64,000 nt of DNA from a virus (lineage: Duplodnaviria > Caudoviricetes), in the IMG/VR virus record IMGVR_UViG_3300032328_000860, positions 32,001 through 96,000 of that record; one strand, given 5' to 3'. The position numbers were made by a program, and so were the translations under genes. The stretch's first letter is position 1. Each line of letters begins with the position of its first letter. Shown in pieces: positions 1-12,000 of the stretch. A model generated the notes under the pieces. That model made no database searches. It was not told the origin of the DNA and was given only the letters and a program-made list of their open reading frames with translations.

Positions 1-720
1 GGGTCTAATAAACTATCTCTTAACGAAGAAAATATACTAGCATCTTTCGACATGGTATTACTAGACAATAAGTTAGATGCTAATAAAATCTTAAAAAGTA
101 GCTATCATACACTAAAAAATATTAAAAATTTTGATTATGATATATTTTCTGGGTCTGTTAATAATAATGTTTATGATCTAGATATTCTTAGCAGTTTACA
201 GAAATTATATTTTGTTGGTAATGCTGTAGATAATACAGAATATATTAATATTCTGGTACGATCTTTTATTAAAAATAATCATCAAGATAATATGGCTTTA
301 GTCTTGTACTTATTAGACGTAGACTTTAAAGATAAAGAATATATAGACAAAAGAATTAATGATATCTATACAAACTATTACCCTAATAATAGACTGAATA
401 AGGTAATCACAGTTCCAATACAAACCAGTCTTAAAAATTTAATTATAGCTCACAATACTTGTGATATATTAATAGATTTACATAATAAAGGATCTAATTC
501 TATAAATCTCAAGATCGCACAAGCTCTTAATAAATCCATTATTCATATAAGCAATGATTTAACATATAAGTCTAATGATCATGCTGAGATGGCCCATAGC
601 GGTTATTTAAGCATTAATGAAGAACATATAGACAATGCAATTAGAACTTATATAAGTTCTAAGAACTTGCAAACAACACCCTCATTATTTAAAACTCAGC
701 ATCTTAATAAGATAATATGA
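1..720 (+). CDS. Glycosyltransferase-like protein (GT-B C-terminal-like), probably 5'-truncated by the window edge
   Basis: Frame is open from base 1 (track ATG at 52). 'HNTCDILIDL...IAQALNKSII' resembles the GT-B acceptor/nucleotide region, but degenerate. Overlaps the next gene (ATGA). Confidence 0.45.
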   Translation, partial: GSNKLSLNEENILASFDMVLLDNKLDANKILKSSYHTLKNIKNFDYDIFSGSVNNNVYDLDILSSLQKLYFVGNAVDNTEYINILVRSFIKNNHQDNMALVLYLLDVDFKDKEYIDKRINDIYTNYYPNNRLNKVITVPIQTSLKNLIIAHNTCDILIDLHNKGSNSINLKIAQALNKSIIHISNDLTYKSNDHAEMAHSGYLSINEEHIDNAIRTYISSKNLQTTPSLFKTQHLNKII

Positions 721-1580
721 CTACACATACCATTAGTAATATCGCCTATAAAGTAATAGATAAGGACATCAGAGTTCTATATGGAACTCATAATAGTAGT
801 TTCGACGCTATTATGTATAGCTTAGATAATATTAATTATTGTCTAGATTCTATATATAGTCATTATTATGATCTATATATTACACATAACGGTTTTGATT
901 ATGTTCAAGAAGCCCAAAGTTGGTGCAATGCTATGCATCTGACTACTTTAGTTTTCTTTCATCAAAAACCACCAGTAAAATTTAAAAAAGAAGACGGTGT
1001 CATTTTAAAAAATGCCTTGGATAAAACCAATAAAATCTTTATGAGTCAAGAAATAGGTGCTGCTTGGGGTGCTAGCACATGGAACAATACTTATATAATA
1101 GAATATGGAGTGCCTGTTCCTGAATTAATATCTGAGAGAACTAAATCTATATTATTTATTAATCAATCAAATAATACTCAAATACATAATCTATATTCTA
1201 GTCTAGTTAATAAATTCCACGGCGCAGATCTGCTACAAATATTACCATTAGATATTAATATTATTACAAAAACACTATTAGATTATCGTGTGGTTGTCGA
1301 TATGGATAATACAATCAATAGCCTGTTGGCCTCTGCTTGTGGGTGCAAAGTAATTACTTCTCCTATGGTTTCTCTTAATGCTGATATCAAAGAAGTTTAT
1401 AAAGTCATGAATTATGACGGTTTGACTAAGATGATAGAGAATATTATGTTAGAGCCCATAAGTGATAGAGATATAAAATTTAACCAACAGTTAATTAATA
1501 ATCAGTATAGCTATAATACTTTTAGTAACAAAGTCACAAATATTCTTACAAAAGCTAAGAAGGAGATATTCGTTTTATGA
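717..1580 (+). CDS. Glycosyltransferase-like protein (GT-B fold, degenerate)
   Basis: 'YDLYITHN', 'IIEYGVP', 'SLLASACGCKVITS' and a C-terminal 'YSYNTF' helix pattern resemble GT4 proteins. ATGA-coupled. Confidence 0.5.
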   Translation: MTTHTISNIAYKVIDKDIRVLYGTHNSSFDAIMYSLDNINYCLDSIYSHYYDLYITHNGFDYVQEAQSWCNAMHLTTLVFFHQKPPVKFKKEDGVILKNALDKTNKIFMSQEIGAAWGASTWNNTYIIEYGVPVPELISERTKSILFINQSNNTQIHNLYSSLVNKFHGADLLQILPLDINIITKTLLDYRVVVDMDNTINSLLASACGCKVITSPMVSLNADIKEVYKVMNYDGLTKMIENIMLEPISDRDIKFNQQLINNQYSYNTFSNKVTNILTKAKKEIFVL

Positions 1581-1996
1581 AACATAATTTTGCCATAGTG
1601 CGAGATAAAAGTACTACTGTTCCATTAGGATATATTCCAGTACCTCTTACTGATACCGGATCGATAATAAACTTATCTTGTGACAATATAATATGCGATT
1701 GTTTAGAGTATTATACTAAAAAGCAGTCAACGGATTCAATACAACAACTATTAGAAAAAATTAAACCATCAGGCCTATTAGTTATTATTTTAACAGACAT
1801 AAAGAAACAATTGTCTGGATATATAAATGGCTCTACCCCTTCAGATAAGCTGTTGCAAACCTTTGTGGATAAGCTATCTATTTGGTCTTTAGACGATATA
1901 TTATTGGCTGTTAATAAGCCATATTTAAAAATACAAAAAATAGACCATGTAAATAATCAAATAATTATAACAATTAAAAGAATATCATTAGACTAA
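1577..1996 (+). CDS. Class I SAM methyltransferase-like protein (partial fold)
   Basis: 'CDNIICDCLEY...LLEKIKPSGLLVI' matches the post-motif-IV / 'LKPGG' region. No clear glycine-rich motif I. Confidence 0.4.
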   Translation: MKHNFAIVRDKSTTVPLGYIPVPLTDTGSIINLSCDNIICDCLEYYTKKQSTDSIQQLLEKIKPSGLLVIILTDIKKQLSGYINGSTPSDKLLQTFVDKLSIWSLDDILLAVNKPYLKIQKIDHVNNQIIITIKRISLD

Positions 1997-2670
1997 TGTT
2001 AGACATTCTGATTATAGCGCCCGAGATAACAAAAGGTATGAAATCTCTCGGATCAAAAGCTTTATTGGCAATAAAAAAAAATTTGTCAGTAATAGAGTAT
2101 CAAATCGCACAAGCTCGTAGCATAGACAAGCATGCTAGAATAACAACTATACTTGGTTTTGAATACGAAAAAATACTTAATATCATTAAGCAGCATAAAA
2201 ATATAGACTATATCATTAATTATGAGTATAAGCATACAAATCAGGCCTATAGTCTAAAATTATTTTACGATCAGCATAAAGACGTTTCTAATTTATTAAT
2301 TATCAGCAGTGGTGTCTTGTTAAAAGATCTTGTTATAGATAAGTCTATGTTGATGGATCACTCCAAGGTCTTTTTGTTAAATAGGGACAAAGAAAATTTC
2401 GAACTTGGATGTTCACAAGATAGTAATTATACTGAGTATATATTTTATGATTTGCCTTTTAGGTGGTCAGAATGTATTTATTTAAACAAAGAAGGAATAG
2501 AAGCAACAAAAGAATTTGTTGGTAAAAATATTTCTGAGCAAATGTACTTATTCGAAGCAATTAATAACATACTTAAAAACATAGATATAGATAAGTGTGT
2601 TATAGATAGACGCAAAATTATGAAGATTACCAATCAAAAAGATATAGCAAAAGCGAAGGTTTTTATATGA
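1996..2670 (+). CDS. Sugar/choline-phosphate nucleotidyltransferase-like protein (NTP_transferase/LicC-like)
   Basis: 'ILIIAP...GMKSLGSKALL', 'VIEYQI', 'LGFEYEKI' and 'NYEYKHTNQAYSL' follow the NTP-transferase N-terminal pattern; the canonical GxGxR is altered. Confidence 0.65.
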   Translation: MLDILIIAPEITKGMKSLGSKALLAIKKNLSVIEYQIAQARSIDKHARITTILGFEYEKILNIIKQHKNIDYIINYEYKHTNQAYSLKLFYDQHKDVSNLLIISSGVLLKDLVIDKSMLMDHSKVFLLNRDKENFELGCSQDSNYTEYIFYDLPFRWSECIYLNKEGIEATKEFVGKNISEQMYLFEAINNILKNIDIDKCVIDRRKIMKITNQKDIAKAKVFI

Positions 2671-3416
2671 TTAAACTATTAGTACAATACTGTGACAGTA
2701 AATTTATACAAAATCTTTGTGTTCTACAATTAGAGGACATTGTAGTAGAACCAGCTGTATTTGATAAAAAATTATATAGACTATATTTTTCATATCAACC
2801 AACACATATTATATTTGTAGCAAATAAAATTAGTGAAGAATGTGCTCAGTTTATTGAGGACTATCAGGACTCTGTGAATATCTATGTATACCACAATCAC
2901 GAAAAAACATTATTTCTCATACCAAATTATCCTGATTCTTGTGTACATTTAGTTCCCGAGACTTTAGCGTCAATGATGCCTAATGACCATAATATAGACA
3001 AGATTATTTATATTCCGAAGAATCTCATTAGTACAAATATTTACTATAGTGATAATCGCCACAGGAACAAATCCATAGTATACTTTGCTCCAAAACAAAT
3101 AACGTCTTTACCTAATGATCTAGTTAAAGTATTATATCCCAACACTACATTACCGATTAAAATATTTGACAGTCCTAGGATTCCGCATCCACAAAATCTA
3201 GGAGTGCTGACCGAACTGGACAAGGGGGAATTACTAAGGAATAGCGAATATTATTTAACTTATGATTTAGATGAATATTTTATAGAGGCTATAGAGTGTG
3301 GATGTAAAATAGTTAACATTAATAATGTTATCAACTATACTACAGAAGCATCTAATCAAGAAAAAATTAATACAATTAAGTATCAAGATTTTTTGCAAGG
3401 AGTTTTTAATGTCTAA
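2667..3416 (+). CDS. Glycosyltransferase-like hypothetical protein
   Basis: 'QNLGVL...GELLRNSEYYL...YFIEAIECGCKIV' resembles the GT-B 'EA..CG' motif. Confidence 0.45.
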   Translation: MIKLLVQYCDSKFIQNLCVLQLEDIVVEPAVFDKKLYRLYFSYQPTHIIFVANKISEECAQFIEDYQDSVNIYVYHNHEKTLFLIPNYPDSCVHLVPETLASMMPNDHNIDKIIYIPKNLISTNIYYSDNRHRNKSIVYFAPKQITSLPNDLVKVLYPNTTLPIKIFDSPRIPHPQNLGVLTELDKGELLRNSEYYLTYDLDEYFIEAIECGCKIVNINNVINYTTEASNQEKINTIKYQDFLQGVFNV

Positions 3417-3867
3417 AGATGTTGGCTTTGTGTTGTTGAAGCTGCTAAATAACAATATTTATGATAATATTCTACAGTGCTTAAAAGGCATATCTCTTGA
3501 ACATCCATATGATCAAGCCGTTATTTTTAATAGCTATTCAGAAAAAGCAGAAACTTTAAATTTACCAATATTGCACTTAACACAGTGTAAGTTTTTTAAG
3601 GGCACATTATTTTTGTTTGATTTGCCTAGCGTAATTTTAACTTCTACATTTCCTAATATTACTAAGCGTATACTATATGTCGGAGACATTCCATGGACGC
3701 AGAACCCTGCTACGGCCTATAAGGAATGGTCTTCTATATATAATCAACAAAATCTTGATTTTATAACACAAACCCAAGAACTATATGATCTATACAGTAT
3801 ATGCTGGAAAAAACCTCTAACTATTTCAGAAAATTTTAATTATGAACAAATCAAATCCTTTATATAG
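3409..3867 (+). CDS. Hypothetical protein (152 aa)
   Basis: Start re-assigned to ATG 3409 (MSKDVG), preceded by AAGGAG at 3397-3402; the track start at 3325 overlaps the upstream gene heavily. Confidence 0.7.
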   Translation: MSKDVGFVLLKLLNNNIYDNILQCLKGISLEHPYDQAVIFNSYSEKAETLNLPILHLTQCKFFKGTLFLFDLPSVILTSTFPNITKRILYVGDIPWTQNPATAYKEWSSIYNQQNLDFITQTQELYDLYSICWKKPLTISENFNYEQIKSFI

Positions 3868-4639
3868 TACATTATCTAGTCAAGATAAATTAAAAATTTT
3901 AACAGAATTATATATTGAACAGAACAAAAGTTTTGCTGATATAGCCGTTATGTTTGACACTTATCCTAATAAAATTAGAAGGGATGCTAAAACATTAGGA
4001 CTATCTATACGCAACAAATCTGAAGCCCAAAAAAATGCACTAAATACAGGTAAGCATAAGCATCCGACAAAAGGAACTCAAAGATCAGAAGAAACTAAAA
4101 TCAAAATAGGATCTCAAGTTATGCAAAGCTGGGAGAACTTATCTGATCAGGAATTGGAAATCAGAAAAGAGAAGGCGAAACAAAATTGGGATAATATGGA
4201 TACTCAAACAAAACAAAATATACATCAACTAGCGATAGAAGCAGTAAGACTAACCAGTAAAACAGGATCCAAACTAGAAAAATTTTTGCTAAATCAATTA
4301 ATATCGGATAAGTATGCTGTGAATTTTCACAAAGAACAATCGCTTGTCAATACAAAATTGCAAATTGACCTATTCTTGCCAAAACTTAACATAGCTATAG
4401 AAGTTGATGGGCCATCTCATTTTGAGCCGGTTTGGGGAGATAAGTCTTTGCAAAGAAATATATCGTATGACCAAAAAAAGGAAGGATTAATCACCGGCAA
4501 AGGATGGCACCTTATTCGCATAAAACAAACTAAAGATTTCTCTAAGGCCAGAGCCTTAAGAATTTATGATCAATTAATTAAGTGTATTCGTCAGTGTGAA
4601 TCGTCTAAAGTTTCCCAAAAAATAAATATTGAGGATTAA
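3842..4639 (+). CDS. Vsr/DUF559-family endonuclease with N-terminal HTH and NUMOD3-like motif (putative free-standing homing endonuclease)
   Basis: 'QIDLFLPKLNIAIEVDGPSHF...YDQKK...GWHLIRI' is the DUF559/Vsr pattern; 'KGTQRSEETKIKIG' is NUMOD3-like; 'SFADIAVMFDTYPNKIRRD' is HTH-like. Confidence 0.75.
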   Translation: MNKSNPLYSTLSSQDKLKILTELYIEQNKSFADIAVMFDTYPNKIRRDAKTLGLSIRNKSEAQKNALNTGKHKHPTKGTQRSEETKIKIGSQVMQSWENLSDQELEIRKEKAKQNWDNMDTQTKQNIHQLAIEAVRLTSKTGSKLEKFLLNQLISDKYAVNFHKEQSLVNTKLQIDLFLPKLNIAIEVDGPSHFEPVWGDKSLQRNISYDQKKEGLITGKGWHLIRIKQTKDFSKARALRIYDQLIKCIRQCESSKVSQKINIED

Positions 4640-4645
4640 TATATT

Positions 4646-5374
4646 ATGACTAAAAAAGAAAAGTCTCAGGATATTGTTGCTAATGATACCAAGGTCATAG
4701 AGGTCAAAATTCCTAAAATTACAGACTTAGAATGGACTGATTACGTATTAGCCCTATTATCCGATGATGAAAAAATATCGGACAATCCCACTACAGATGG
4801 TTTACGTCGCATTTTCGAAGTAGCCCTAAATTGTAAAGTTATATCCTCAACAACAACAATAGCCCAATCTCCTGAACCAAATAATGAAAAAAGAGCCACT
4901 GTCGTTCACTCTATAACCTACGTTTTAAATGAAGAGTCATGTTCCAGGGCTGAATTAAATGTAATCACTGTAGACGGCGCAGCAGACGTTTATTGGGGCA
5001 ACTGTGACAAAGTATATCGAAACCATCCTGTGGCCGTCGCTGAAACCAGAGCAGAAGGCAGAGCCTTACGCAGAGCATTGAAATTGAGAAAAGTTGTGGC
5101 CGCTGAAGAACTGTCAAAAGAAATTGATGATAATCCTGATGCTAATACAGTATCTCGAATTAGTAATGCTCAAATTAATTTTATTGACATTATGGCTCAA
5201 AGACTTAATATAAATGTAAGTAAGTTATTGACCGAAAATAAATTATCTGTCGATAACATATATAATATATCTCATGATGATGCTGTTAATATTATTAGAC
5301 TTTTGTCCAAATATCAACAGAATACGTCTGAGATATTAGAAAGCATCATGGGCTATTCAGGAGACTGGAAATAA
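4646..5374 (+). CDS. Rad52/Rad22-like single-strand annealing protein (putative)
   Basis: 'VDGAAD...VAVAETRAEGRALRRALKL...AAEE' resembles the Rad52/Sak-like signature helix; small helical C-terminal domain. Confidence 0.55.
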   Translation: MTKKEKSQDIVANDTKVIEVKIPKITDLEWTDYVLALLSDDEKISDNPTTDGLRRIFEVALNCKVISSTTTIAQSPEPNNEKRATVVHSITYVLNEESCSRAELNVITVDGAADVYWGNCDKVYRNHPVAVAETRAEGRALRRALKLRKVVAAEELSKEIDDNPDANTVSRISNAQINFIDIMAQRLNINVSKLLTENKLSVDNIYNISHDDAVNIIRLLSKYQQNTSEILESIMGYSGDWK

Positions 5375-5376
5375 TT

Positions 5377-5703
5377 ATGAAAGTACTATATAGAGCTAGC
5401 GATAAGTTAACATTTGAATTAGAGGGTGCTGGACAAAAAGAAATTTTTAAAGAGTTAGCTATAATTCAAGAGATTTTTGCCGAAGAAGTATGCGGCCTAT
5501 GTGGTAAGCACAATCTTAGGTTTGTGGTCAGAAATGTTGAGGGTAATGACTACTATGAAATTAGATGTTCTGATTGTGGTGCAATTTTAGCTTTTGGACA
5601 ACACAAAAAGGGCGGTACCCTATTTCCTAAGAGAAAAGATGATGACGGAAACCTACTTCCTAATAGGGGATGGCATAAGTGGAACGGTAAAGACAAAAAA
5701 TAA
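5377..5703 (+). CDS. Zn-ribbon protein
   Basis: CGLC...CSDC pairs; 108 aa; last gene of the + operon. Confidence 0.65.
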   Translation: MKVLYRASDKLTFELEGAGQKEIFKELAIIQEIFAEEVCGLCGKHNLRFVVRNVEGNDYYEIRCSDCGAILAFGQHKKGGTLFPKRKDDDGNLLPNRGWHKWNGKDKK

Positions 5704-5713
5704 TTCTTATTAT

Positions 5714-6088
5714 CTATTTCCACTTACCTATAGGACACGATGCTTCAGGCAATGCTAGTTTATTTATAAACTCGCGTTGTTTGCTTAGAGAACATCCGCA
5801 TTTATCGCATACACTTTGCTTAGAATTAAAGAATTCACAGCCGTGACATATATTTAGTCTTTCTGTGATCTGCTCATCTGTGCATAGATCCTGAGTGTTT
5901 TTATGCAAATTCTTAAGAGCATTTTTGTCATTCTGTATTTGTTGTATTCTTGGCGCTATGCCTATAGGACATATTAATATTGGATAATTATTGTCATAAG
6001 AAACTACTTTAGCCCCACATTTTTCACACCAGTATAAACTATACTCTATCTCTATAAATTGACAGAGAATAATATTATTTAGTTCCAT
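5714..6088 (-). CDS. Cys-rich small protein (Zn-binding; DUF6171-like C-terminus)
   Basis: Start re-assigned to ATG 6088 (MELNN). 'RLNICHGCE...CDKCGC...K...CPIGKW' plus an N-terminal CEKC. Confidence 0.65.
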   Translation of the reverse strand: MELNNIILCQFIEIEYSLYWCEKCGAKVVSYDNNYPILICPIGIAPRIQQIQNDKNALKNLHKNTQDLCTDEQITERLNICHGCEFFNSKQSVCDKCGCSLSKQREFINKLALPEASCPIGKWK

Positions 6089-9000
6089 ATTCATAAGGGA
6101 TAAGTTCCCATGGGAAGTAACTAGACATAAATTTACCTTTAGTTTCAATTTTATCAACACTACCGTAGAAGCTTCTAAAAATCATTTCATTTTGCAATTT
6201 AAAGAAATCTGGTATTTCTGCGTATTCTAGATTATTGTTCGCTGTTTTTTGTAAACTAACCCAATAATATAAGTTGTTATTCATTGAGCCAAATTGTCCT
6301 ACAGAATCTATCTCTAGTGGTATTAATGGGCTGGCTGAAGAATTTGTTCTATATCCTGATCTAGATCCGTATCTATAAACAGTACTAAGTAAATCACATC
6401 CTCTTAATTGTCTTGGTATACGCTTAAACATCACTTCTATATTATTAGTATTTGTAAGATTAAGTAAGTTACCTACTCTTGTAGGCTTTCCTAGTCTATC
6501 CCCAACATCTTCTGTAGTAGAAACTAATCCTTTTCCAGGTGAACTACCAGTATCCGTAAAACACTTACCATAGCCCGGAGCATAGTTAACATCCGCAGAT
6601 TGGTCATTACCCAATAATGTTGGTTCGGGCATTTCATAATAAGGAACGGGAACTAGATATGTTTCTATTGAATGTACTGTTAACTCATCATTAGGAATTC
6701 CGCTAATAATTTCATCTCCATTAATATTAAACCATCTTTCAACTATAATGGTTTTCCAGTCCTTAATGCTGGAACCAAAGTCTTGCTGAAATTTAGTTTT
6801 TTGTCTATCAATCTCTAATTGTGGAATAATATATTTGTGTTTACTTATATCTCCTTCAAATTTTTCTACACCACTATCGCCTATAGTATCATTGTCAGCA
6901 AATTTTGGACATATATTATTGTCTATAGGAGGTCCTTTAAATAAAGGTAAGGCTTCTACACAAGAATATTCAGTAGATACTAATATTTTAGGATTACTAG
7001 CAAAATCACAAATGCATCCTTGAGATGGATCTATATTGATCATATAATGATCTTGGTTAATTTTTTTATAATCAATTAAATAATTATTATTATCTTGTGT
7101 AACTAAAAGTTCTAGTTTTGGTAAAATATCGGGATTATCATATTTTGGATGGTTTATAGGCAAAGTATGTGTAGCAATATAGTCGCGTGTTATCACAGTA
7201 TTTCTGTCCTTTACTATCCTAACAGGATCTGATCCTATGTTGGTCGGTTTAACTGTTATATTGTATGTATTTTCATATATAATCTCCCCAGTAGCTGTGC
7301 GATTTTGTTGGGTTTCTGGATCGATATAAGTTACAGTAGCAGAAGATATGGTTTGGGTTCCGAGCGCTGTTAGAATATCGTGTCTTTCTTTATATAGTTT
7401 CTCTAGTGCTCTGGTTGTTCTAAGAATATAGCATTCATTTACATTAGAAGGATTACGAGTATGGCAATCTCCTTTATCCTTAATTTTTTTAGATATTTTA
7501 TCTAGATGTAAGGCTATATATTTAATTTTATTAGAATTTATAATTTCCGAAGTAAGGGTTTCATCGCCGGCTTTACTGTCTAAAGCAGCATCATACGTAT
7601 CATTATCTATGGCGATGATTCTATTTTTTAAATTATTAAAGTCTGTAGTCGATAAGGGTTTTACTGGAATATGTTCTACATAATCATTTTCCACCTCTAA
7701 TACTCCGTATAAGCCATCTAAAGAGCTATCATCAAATGATGGTAGTTTAATATACATAAAATCTTGAGTATGTTCATTAGTATTAGACGCCGAAAATCTC
7801 AGCTGTTCTCGCAATTGATGCATCGTTTCTGATTCTAAAGACGTTGGTTGTCCTCCTCTATATTTAGTATTAGCTGAATTAGCAACAACAAGATTAGCAT
7901 CAGAATCAAACATATTATTCTGTAATACGTCGGCCGAATAAGCAAAACCATGCACACCGCCTGTAGATACAGATGCTGGGACTAATTCTAGTTTATCATT
8001 ATATGTCCAAAATTTAATAGAATTATATTTAATTTTATCATTTAAATGATTGTTAAAAATTTCATAAATATTTTTTAATTTATTAAAAGCAATATTATTG
8101 TATAGAAAATTTTTGCTAATAAATGGAGAGATATCTCCATAAGAACCTGTACTATGCGCTGGAGAGATAATATCATAAGAACTAAGATTATTGCCATAGT
8201 TTCCATTTTTATCTAATCCCCAACTATTATACAAAGCAACTGAGCCTTCTGCGGATGTTGGATTGTTTTTATATACAAAAAAGACTTTATTGCTCAGAGA
8301 CGGAGAGAGTCTATCATTCGTACCAACGCTGGCGCTTAGAATCAATACTGAAAACAGCTTATTGTTTCTGTAAATAAGAGCCTTATTAGCTATAGATACT
8401 TTTAGAATCTCCCTACTATCATCAGGCTCTCTTTTGTTGCTGTCAGTATATAACTCTATAGTATCTCCTATAGAAAAAATATCATAAGGAATACGACTAT
8501 CTATAGCGATAACCTTGCCATCAAGCATATCTCCATATAAATTATTGCTAAAAAAATTATTTCCATATCTAATATGACTATGCATCAGGCTTAGAGGTAA
8601 AGCATGTATTAAATCTCCGTAATTATTCTCGGTTCTCCATCGATTATTATTATTAATTATCTCCTGCTCTGTTGCGTTTGGTGGTAATATAGGCTTGTCT
8701 TTAATTCTAATCCACGGACCCTTTTGTACAATATATGTTCCAGTATTTTGTGTACAAGACTGATTATTGTTTGGTGCGGTTGTTGATGTCGAAGGCGGTA
8801 CAAATGATACATAAACAATATCTCCTTCTTGACACAATACATCAGAAACAACAACTGGTGCCCCTGCTAAAGCTGTCTGCTGTGTAGAAGCATTGCTACA
8901 AGTTACTTGAATATGTTTATATAATTTAGAATCCACAAAATAATTTATATCACTAATAACAGAAAATTTAAAAGTAGATATATTATCACAAAAATTTCTA

Positions 9001-12000
9001 CATACTCTAATAAAGTTATAACGATTTGGTTTTAAAACAGGCAGATTACTGTATTTAAAAATAGTAGCTTCTAGAGAATGCCATAGGTCTTGTGGTTTTC
9101 TAAAATTAATCAGTACCTTTTCTGGAGAACCAAAAGGATATTTAGTATATGATGGAAAATAAATTTGTCTACCAGCATCCTGCATGTTCTGCACAAAAGA
9201 AAGCTCTTGTAAATAATTAAATAATATTTGATAACCAGGCGAATTAATAGCTGTTGCTAAAGCCACTCCTAATCCTGCTAAACCAAACCCGGCCATCATA
9301 CCAGCACCAATAGCAAGAGAAGCCAATATATTAACAATAGCATAAGTTGGGAAAGGAGGAGACTGCAACATTAATCCCTGGTCTAAGGTGTCAGGATTTC
9401 CATTATAACAAAAGGATGAATCCGCAATTAAAGTTCTAGGAGCATTAATATTTGCTAATGGTAGTAAAGCTTTATGGTTAGTTAAATCAGCAATATAAGT
9501 ATTTCCTGGATAGGATGGGTCTTTACCATATTCTATTAGAGATAAAACATCACAATTACCGTAGGACTCTAAAGACGGATTAGAATAAGGTATTGGTTTT
9601 TCAGTATCCCCAACATGTAAAATTAACTCCCAACTACACAAAGAATTAAATATATCTGAACTTTTTTGAGTATTTTCAGCATTCTCTAATCCAGTCAGAT
9701 ATTGACTATTTGCTATATTATCCTGTACACTCATATTGTCTTCTTCGTCTAGTACCACAATAGTAAGCTTAAATTCTGTAGATCCTGTTAGTCCCCGACC
9801 CAATTGTGTTTTATTTAGTGTAGACGGTGGTTCCTCTCCTTGAAATAAAGTATCAGCTGCTAATTTTGATAAGCTATTATTATTAATATTAATTTTATTA
9901 TGTTTCATCATAGCGGTATACAAACAAGCTTCTCTATCAGAATAGCCAACAGCAGCATTAGAAGGATTTACCTCATCAGATGATGATACTATTTTTTGCT
10001 TAGATAAGAACAAAGAAGTAGGAAAGGCTGTGCTTATATTAGATAAACCACTACCAGACATAGCGACCAGAATGGGGTTTTGTACATCATTAATTATTAT
10101 GCTGGATGGTGCTGGACATTGTTGTATATTATGATCATATAATACATTATATTTAGAAGCATTATCTGAAAATTTAATACTAAAATTATATTTATTATTC
10201 TGTATATGTTCTTGGTTTAATAGAATAATGCAGTCGGCTGGGCTTTTCCATACATCACCCAGTCCCGAACCTCCATGAGTATCTATCGTGGCTTGTATAT
10301 AGTCAGACAGTCCAGAAATAGCAATACCCTGTGTTATAGGACCACTATTGTTATACTGTTGTTTAGTGCCACCACTATTAATGTTAGCGTGTGTGGTCGT
10401 TAGAGGAGGAACAGAACTATCTATAAAATTAAATGATCCAGCTCTGATAGGATTTCTCTGTTCATTATTCGTTGTGGCTGTTTCTTCGGCGGGAGTGCCT
10501 CTATCTTCTATTATTTTTGGGGCTGGTAATATATCTAGTCTCACTATTAGATTTTTAGTATTAACATAATTTAAAAAATTTAGTTTAACTTCTACGTTTT
10601 TAATAGCAAAGTTATTAACTCTTGGAATTCTAATTATTTTTTCTCCATTCGGACCCAACACATTCTCTGGTAAAGAATATGGACCTGTTACAGCAAATGA
10701 ATAAGTGTAACTTCCTTCTCTTTGTTCTGCTTGAAACTCATCATTGACTATTGGCTGATTAGAAGTAGCTGTTCTTTCAATACCTTTTGGTTGACCAGCA
10801 GATAAATATCTGTAACCATGATTAGATCTTGTATTAGCATCAATGTCTGCATATTCTTTGTTTAATTGATTGTTATTATATATTTCACCGGGTGAGAAAG
10901 AAGGTTCTCCTGCGGTTCTACAGCCAGCATCCCATTGCACACCTTTGCTAATTGCTAAGACAATAGAACTAGAAAATTCTTTTGGTCTAATAAAAGTACT
11001 AGCAGAGTTATCTCCTACTGATATTCCTCCAGAAGATAGTCTTTGTAATTTGGGTCCCATAAAACTAAAAGAATCTCTAGCTCCAGGATTGAATTTTAAT
11101 ATACTACTACGATTCGCATGGATACTATATCCTATACCATTGTGTCCTAGCCATCCACTAATAGGATGAAATACTCCTTTAGTAAATGTTAAAACGCCAC
11201 CGTTAGTAACGGGTAAGGCTTTTTGATAACACATTTTATGAGTAGATTTATTGTCTGACGGTAAACCTATAGAGGTATTGAGGTATGATAAATTATGTCC
11301 TGTAATATCGGGTAATAATTTAAATTGCTGAGAAACTATCTGTCCGCCATATGCTACAGGAGTGTCTGTTGGCAACTCTAGTCCTGGTAGTACAGGTATA
11401 GAGTACTGGTTTAAAAAATTGCTGTCATATCCTCCATATGTTTTAATAGGAGGAGCAAAGTCTGTACTAATAGAGGGAAATGTAAATTGAGAAGTGTCCT
11501 CTTCTTTAAATTTTTGAAGCACAGTATCATATGAGTATTTATATAGAGCAAAACCCTCTGGTGATTTATTATATCTAGTATATCTTAAAACATTTTGTCT
11601 ATTCGCTCCGGTTTCATTGGTACCTGCACCTGTTACTATTGATGCTTTTCTTGCTACTATAGAAGGATCATATAAGCTTAAACAGTTAGCGCATTCTGGT
11701 CTATCAGAACGAATTTTTTCTAATATAATAGAATGTATTTTAATAATAGTATTATTCGGTTTATATACTAATGCAAAATTTGTATCATCCGCATATATTT
11801 TATTTGATTTAATATTAAATTTGTAATTAGCATTAAAATTGGTAACTTCTTGTTGTGGCACGCTAAATCTGCCTACTGCGGAAGTGCCCATGAATTCTTT
11901 TACTAACATATTAGTATTTATAGGCCAGAATACACCTCCTATATTACTAATAGCAAATCTATCAAATGTAGGACAATGTACTCTTATGTTATCAGCATTG

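Noticed and set aside
3267-3455. 62-aa minus-strand ORF
   Set aside because: Antisense to two coupled + strand genes.
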